DNA of 64,000 bases. Source: Eledone cirrhosa. Taxonomy: Eukaryota. The stretch covers positions 38,688,001 through 38,752,000 of the forward strand of contig OZ024755.1 in assembly GCA_964016885.1 (NCBI GenBank). The letters are read 5' to 3'. Below the pieces are notes generated by a model that saw only the letters and a list, made by a program, of their open reading frames with translations, did no database searches and was not told the origin of the DNA. Below, one piece after another: positions 57,701 through 64,000 of the stretch; the stretch's first letter is position 1; each line of letters begins with the position of its first letter. The translations under genes and the position numbers were made by a program.

Positions 57701-58974
57701 GTCACGAGTCTGGAGCAACCAGCTTAATTAAAGAAAAAGTGGATTTTGCCCCAAGCTGAATTATAAAAGAGTATCATAAATGTTTTACTATGTCATAGCA
57801 GGAATATTCTTAATAACTATATCGCTATAGAAGTGACTTATGACGTCATAGTAGGAATATTCTTAATAAATCTATCACTGCAGAAGTGACTTATGACATC
57901 ACTAGTACCAAGCTGTATCGGCCATTGCCTTTCCCTTGGATAACATCGGTGGCATGGCGAGGGGGAGACTGGTATGCATGGGTGACTGCTGGTCTTCCTT
58001 AAACAACCTTGCCCAGTCATGTGCCTTGGAAGAGAACCTTCTAGGGGCAAATCCCATTGTCATACATGACCGAAGGGGCTCTTTATAGTTGAATTATGTC
58101 ATCAAAACAATTACGAGTAGCTTCCAATAAACGAAGAAATTGAAATTTGAATAAAATGTTGACGTATATTCAATTTTTACATAAATAACCAAACAAATTA
58201 AAAAATGATGCAGAAACATTGTTTCAAAGTTGTGGAAATACAATGTTATATAACTATAATATTTCACTTGAATTTATAACTGATATCGTAATATTTTATA
58301 TTTCCTAAATCAATGAAAAATAGACAAATGGTTTGCTCCACGACCGCAATAAGAACGGTCAGGTAATTTGATAGTAGTATCCAAATTTTCTAAAACTTGC
58401 TGATTTTCTATATAAGAGTTATTGTAAATGATATAAAAGAAGATTACTTGAAAATATTGTGATTTGACATGTATTACATAGATGATGGTGTCGAGTCGTA
58501 ATAATATGACTATTAGGTCTATTATGTAGATTTACTATTCTTTAGTCTATTTTTACAATGCTTATACGACCCACTGTGATTCTCGTTAGCTATTCTAAAC
58601 ATTTTGCTGTGTAATTTACTTTCCCTGACTGGAAGTTTATATTAAGACGACAGAAGTTGCAGAAAAGGTTAATTTGATTATGAAAAGTTAGATTTTATTC
58701 CTTTAGGTTTTAGATCATTATATTATAGGTTGACAGGCCATAAGATATTTGAGTCAAAAGGGAAAAATAATGCCATCAATAGTTTAGTACAGTTTTGTTT
58801 GAGGTAATCGCGGTTTGAGGCTAATGCTTAGCGATGTGTAATTTATGCTGTTGATAGAAATATGTCTGAATTGAAAGAGAAATTTAGATATTAACAGCGT
58901 GTTCTCTCATGAAGTAGTTACGGAATAGACCTCCATCGATTTTGACGATGAGAGTTCAAGTCTGCTCATCAAAT

Positions 58975-59240
58975 GAACGTGTAAATGACTGAGAACTCCA
59001 AGGACATGGTGTGCCCTTAACGTAATTCTCAAGGGTATTTAGTGTGACACAGTGTGTATGACCATGCTGGCTCATTGAATTACACATACAGGCTTCCAAG
59101 CAGTTTCCGATTACAAACTTTCACTCAAAAGGTCACAACGAGCCTATGGTAAAAGACACTCGCATTAGATCCCACTCTTTAGGATCGAACCCGAGGCCTA
59201 ATGGCAGCAAAACGAACATCTTAGCTATTCAGCTACGCTG
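58975..59240 (-). mobile_element. Old tRNA-derived SINE
   Basis: Minus-strand A-box tagctgaatagc and B-box ggttcgatcc; body resembles family 2. Confidence 0.55.
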
Positions 59241-59335
59241 AATCAACAAAATATTTATAGAAAAGATTGGAGGTCACGCAATGATGTAGTGCCAGTGATT
59301 AAAATACGTGGCTGTTTGATAAACATGGTTTATCA

Positions 59336-59578
59336 GAGGCATGTCAAACATGTGGCCCGCGGGCCCCGTGTGGTCCTTTACAAGCACACCTGCAGCCTGC
59401 ACAAAGATTTTTACAGCACGAGCATGTTTTATCTTCGTAATATAAAATAAATAAAAAATAGTTGTAATGTACGCAATTAGTTGTCGTGTGTGGCCCTCAG
59501 AAAACACGTGACCCATGTGGCCCTCAGAAAACACGTGACCCATGTGGCCATTGGGGGACCTTCAGTTTGACATGCCTG
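59336..59578. mobile_element. hAT-type MITE
   Basis: TIRs (g)aggcatgtcaaac / gtttgacatgcctg, 8-bp TSD gtttatca (59328-59335, 59579-59586), ggcccgcgggcc subterminal palindrome. Confidence 0.88.
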
Positions 59579-59739
59579 GTTTATCAGGTGAACCTCTAGG
59601 AATCCTCCACGTATATTATGTGAAAAGTGGCGCCTGGCGCCACTCTTCCAGTGGTGTACTCATATAGGGTAGATATAGTGAATAGTTAGCAAGCATTCAA
59701 GTTTTCTGAAGTTCTATATTGAATGCGAAGGTGACGAAT

Positions 59740-60699
59740 TGGCAGACTCGTTAGAACATCGGATAAAATGGCAGACTCGTTAGAACATCGGATAAAATGG
59801 CAGACTCGTTAGAACATCGGATAAAATGGCAGACTCGTTAGAACATCGGATAAAATGGTAGACTCGTTAGAACATCGGATAAAGTGGCAGACTCGTTAGA
59901 ACATCGGATAAAATGGTAGACTCGTTAGAACATCGGATAAAATGGTAGACTCGTTAGAACATCGGATAAAATGGCAGACTCGTTAGAACATCGGATAAAG
60001 TGGCAGACTCGTTAGAACATCGGATAAAATGGTAGACTCGTTAGAACATCGGATAAAATGGTAGACTCGTTAGAACATCGGATAAAATGGCAGACTCGTT
60101 AGAACATCGGATAAAATGGTAGACTCGTTAGAACATCGGATAAAATGGTAGACTCGTTAGAACATCGGATAAAGTGGCAGACTCGTTAGAACATCGGATA
60201 AAATGGCAGACTCGTTAGAACATCGGATAAAATGGTAGACTCGTTAGAACATCGGATAAAATGGTAGACTCGTTAGAACATCGGATAAAATGGCAGACTC
60301 GTTAGAACATCGGATAAAATGGTAGACTCGTTAGAACATCGGATAAAGTGGCAGACTCGTTAGAACATCGGATAAAATGGCAGACTCGTTAGAACATCGG
60401 ATAAAATGGCAGACTCGTTAGAACATCGGATAAAATGGCAGACTCGTTAGAACATCGGATAAAATGGTAGACTCGTTAGAACATCGGATAAAATGGTAGA
60501 CTCGTTAGAACATCGGATAAAGTGGCAGACTCGTTAGAACATCGGATAAAATGGCAGACTCGTTAGAACATCGGATAAAATGGTAGACTCGTTAGAACAT
60601 CGGATAAAGTGGCAGACTCGTTAGAACATCGGATAAAATGGCAGACTCGTTAGAACATCGGATAAAATGGCAGACTAGTTAGAACATCGGATAAAATGC
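59740..60699 (+). repeat. 29-bp tandem array (~33 units) derived from a SINE head (Pol III A-box)
   Basis: Unit tggcagactcgttagaacatcggataaaa; continues into the SINE body with B-box gagttcaaatcc (~60732) and core to ~60810. Confidence 0.92.
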
Positions 60700-60989
60700 T
60701 TTGCGGTATTCGTTCCGGGTCTTTACTTTCAGAGTTCAAATCCCGCCGAGGTCAACTTTGTCTTTCATCCTTTTAAGGTCGATTAAAAAGTAGCAGTAAT
60801 GTACTGTGGTCGATTCACCAGCTATGTCTCTTTTTTACTTTCATTCTCTCACACTCTCTCTGTCCTTCTCTGGAAGAAATCTGCTGTCTTAAGACCCGGT
60901 GAAGAGATAGACTCCACCAGGTTTAAAATGCCTAAGAAACGCCGTATGTCAATATGGCGCCTCTATGACCCCATCAGGAGTTATGGGTT

Positions 60990-61048
<59 letters not shown>

Positions 61049-61556
61049 ACATATATATATTCATATATAAACATATCAGTTAATAACACAATTGTATGAT
61101 TTAAAATTTACAGATACTGTCATGTTTCTAGTTGTGTATATTGTCACCGTGCCAGCAATGAAATCATATCCGCTCTCTTGCTCTGGAACCCTGACTCCAG
61201 CCTGACTAGGAGTAGGAAGCTGTCATTCCCTGACGTTATCTCTAGGGATACGGGAATCAGTAGACGGGACCGGGGGGGGGGGGGGCAGCGATGGGGGACA
61301 GGGAATTCTGGGGCATGAGAGTGAGATACATCATCTCGACAGTAGTCGACGAATGATGATGATGATAATGCATTAGATGAGATGATTTAGTGTTTAAGGT
61401 ACGTTGTTGGCTGACTGACAACGGGCTATCATGATCGCCTTCCAGTCAAAACAAAACAAAAAAAAACACATTTTTTTCTTCTCTGCTTTTCCTCCTTAAA
61501 ACCCCTTGGAATGTGTTTACCATCATTCTTTTGGTGTATAACTATTATGCAATATA

Positions 61557-61612
61557 CACCTGATGATGTCAACAGGTTCATGCGTAACCTAGCCACTGAA
61601 ATTTGCATAGTG
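61557..61612 (+). ncRNA. Hammerhead-like motif (probably decayed)
   Basis: CAC-CUGAUGA-...AGGUU..AACCU...-GAAA-UuugcA-UA^GUG; stem I only 3 bp, stem II imperfect. Confidence 0.5.
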
Positions 61613-61842
61613 GTTGCAGGAATTCAACCTGCCCGTCCTCCTGTCATTTTACCCTATAATACAATATTTAATTTCGTTCTCGTACCACCAACAAGATTCA
61701 ACATCAAAGATCGATGAGTTGCGTAACGTCGAATGCTTTCCTACTATTACATGATGGTTAACATTGTGTAATGACTAATTCTACCCAGTGGTGAACCACC
61801 AAACATAAATGTATATATATATACAGTATATATAGTAATAAT

Positions 61843-62326
61843 AATAAATTTGAAGACTAAAATCCAAAGAGAGCACGATAAGGATAAATATATATCAAAT
61901 ATATAAGAACCGTAGAGCAAATATTTATTAAAATAACAGATTAAAGTTTAAGCAAAGAATCGCTGCTTTCACCCTTAACGGGATCTTCTGAAACTAACAA
62001 AGTCAATCTGTAAACGCAGAAGTGGATATTTCAAAAAACGTTGCAACCGGAGGAAGACAGGAAGACGATACTTTGGTTCGTGGAAACGTTCCCTGGCAAA
62101 GAACGGGAAAAGGTGAAGATAATACGTCATTAATATATTCGTTTTTTCCCGTTCTTTGCCAGCGAACGTTTCCACGAACCAAAGTATCGTCTTCCTGTCT
62201 TCCCCCGGTTGCAACGTTTTTTGAAATATCCACTTCTACGTTTACAGATTGACTTTGTTAGTTTCAGAAGATCCCGTTAAGGGTGAAAGCAGCGATTCTT
62301 TGCTTAAACTTTAATCTGTTATTTTA

Positions 62327-62335
<9 letters not shown>
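61843..62335. mobile_element. Fold-back made of two inverted copies of the 3' tail of the PLE at 9803-11505
   Basis: Arms ~61922-62110 and ~62145-62335; sequence matches 11220-11505. Confidence 0.85.
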
Positions 62336-62366
<31 letters not shown>

Positions 62367-62440
62367 TCATATGAGTAGTGGATGGAAAGGTTAACGATAC
62401 GTCGGACTAGTAGCATATCAATGGAAAAAATAAATCTCGA

Positions 62441-62510
62441 TTCGTCTGAAGAGAACGTGTAAGGTGGTTATTATATAATTACCTTACATTTTTGAAATAC
62501 GTATAACGAA
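62441..62510 (+). ncRNA. Type-I hammerhead ribozyme with long stem II
   Basis: UUCGU-CUGAAGA-gaacGUGUAAGGUGGUUA..UAAUUACCUUACAUuuuu-GAAA-UACGUA-UA^ACGAA. Confidence 0.82.
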
Positions 62511-62547
62511 CTAAATAAAATGAAGATGTACGAATAAAACTGTCTCT

Positions 62548-62876
62548 CTTCGTTTTTGAATTTGTTTTCCAAGATTTCTCATCTGAAAACGTGTGTTGAA
62601 ACAGATGTTGTACTCTGGGAGGGTCATGCTGCCGATAAAAATACACGCACTTATTGGTTTTTCACTTCAATTTATTATATATTTCCGGTTGGTTGGTTCG
62701 ATAACCGGTTGGTTGTTCATATATTGTCAAAGCTCTTTCATCACACATTCTGTGACCTCCTCAGTTACTAGGTTTTTATTTTGTGCCTTCCTTTGTCTGT
62801 CCTACACCATCTTGTTTTGAAGTGAAAACCAACAGGTGCGTGTGTTTTTATTGGCAGCATGTCCCTCCAAAAGTAT
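62548..62876. mobile_element. Diverged solo pseudo-LTR of the PLE at 4528-7397, with HHR (62725-62769, minus) and short inverted tail
   Basis: Homologous to 4530-4845; inverted piece 62818-62876. Confidence 0.78.
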
Positions 62877-62908
62877 ACACACACACACACAGACACACAC
62901 ACAAATAG

Positions 62909-62944
<36 letters not shown>

Positions 62945-63409
62945 TGTGTGTGTGTGTGTGTGTGTGTCTATGTGTGTGTTTGTGTTTGAAGTTATTTTAA
63001 TAAAGACGTTCCACCCCTACATCAATGTCAAATTTACACGATTCAATAAAAAGTACATTTTTCAGCAAGTCGGGCCCATGCCAGACACAGACTTCATATA
63101 GGAAATAGTTGAAGAGGTCATAAATCTACCACCATGCCTTAGAAACATTTAAAGACACCAGACATATAAATGGCGACCGGCAAATAAAGGAAACGGAAAA
63201 CCAAGGCTTTGTAATCATCTGTGTCAGTCCAAGGACTGAGGCCACAGGAGTTCTCAATGGTGACTGATACAAAAAGAAAGGGGCCAGTCAATGGCTGGTA
63301 TTTAGTCAGTAAAATATAGAGGGCAATATCTTTTAAAGAGGGCTACAAAGATAATTATGTGCCCCCAAAAATCAACAAAAAACATTGCATAAAGTTTTGC
63401 TTCTACTAC

Positions 63410-64000
63410 GTGTGTGTATATATATATGTGTGTGTATATAGATGTTTGTGTGTGCATATAGATATTTGTGTGTGTATATAGATATTTGTGTGCGTGTATA
63501 GATGTTTGTGAGTGTTGACATGTTTGTGTGTGTATAGATGTTTGTGTGTGTATATATATGTGTGTGTGTATAGATGTTTGTGTGTGCATATAGATATTTG
63601 TGTGTGTATATAGATATTTGTGTGCGTGTATAGATGTTTGTGTGCGTGTATAGATGTTTGTGAGTGTTGACATATTTGTGTGTGTATAGATGTTTGTGTG
63701 TGTATATATATATTTGTGTGCCTGTGTATAGATGTTTGTGTGTGCATATAGATGTTTGTGTGTGTATATAGATATTTGTGTGTGTATATAGATATTTGTG
63801 TGCGTGTATAGATGTTTGTGAGTGTTGACATATTTGTGTGTGTATAGATGTTTGTGTGTGTATATATATATTTGTGTGCCTGTGTATATATATTTGTGTG
63901 TATGTATAGATATTTGTGTGTCTGTGTATATATATTTGTGTGTATGTATAGATATTTGTGTGTGTGTGTTAACATATTTGTGTGTGTGTATTTATATGTG
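63410..64000. repeat. ~20-22-bp (TG/TA)-rich minisatellite (gtgtatagatatttgtgt)
   Basis: Direct reading; runs off the window end. Confidence 0.9.

Overview
Repeat-saturated, non-genic or intronic animal DNA, most likely a coleoid cephalopod (inferred from huge (TA)n/(CA)n tracts and the SINE families; not proven). No confident host protein-coding gene; nearly all long ORFs are microsatellite artefacts. Recognisable content: two Penelope-like element (PLE) remnants (RT/GIY-YIG), two nested R4/Dong-like RLE LINE relics, a near-intact CR1-type ORF2, a decayed RTE LINE, a mariner relic, a mariner-type mini-MITE, a hAT MITE, a Helitron-like non-autonomous element, about 15 tRNA-derived SINE copies and several satellites. 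The most striking signal, read by eye: about 15 apparently intact and several decayed minimal type-I hammerhead ribozymes (CUGANGA...GAAA...NUH) from at least 6 sequence families. They sit in short elements embedded in (TA)n tracts, either as partial tandem repeats (about 460 bp period, with a conserved ATGCAAAT octamer upstream of the ribozyme) or as head-to-head fold-back palindromes that all show the same polarity. This looks like a PLE-driven, retrozyme-like system. Coordinates were counted by hand and element boundaries are approximate.
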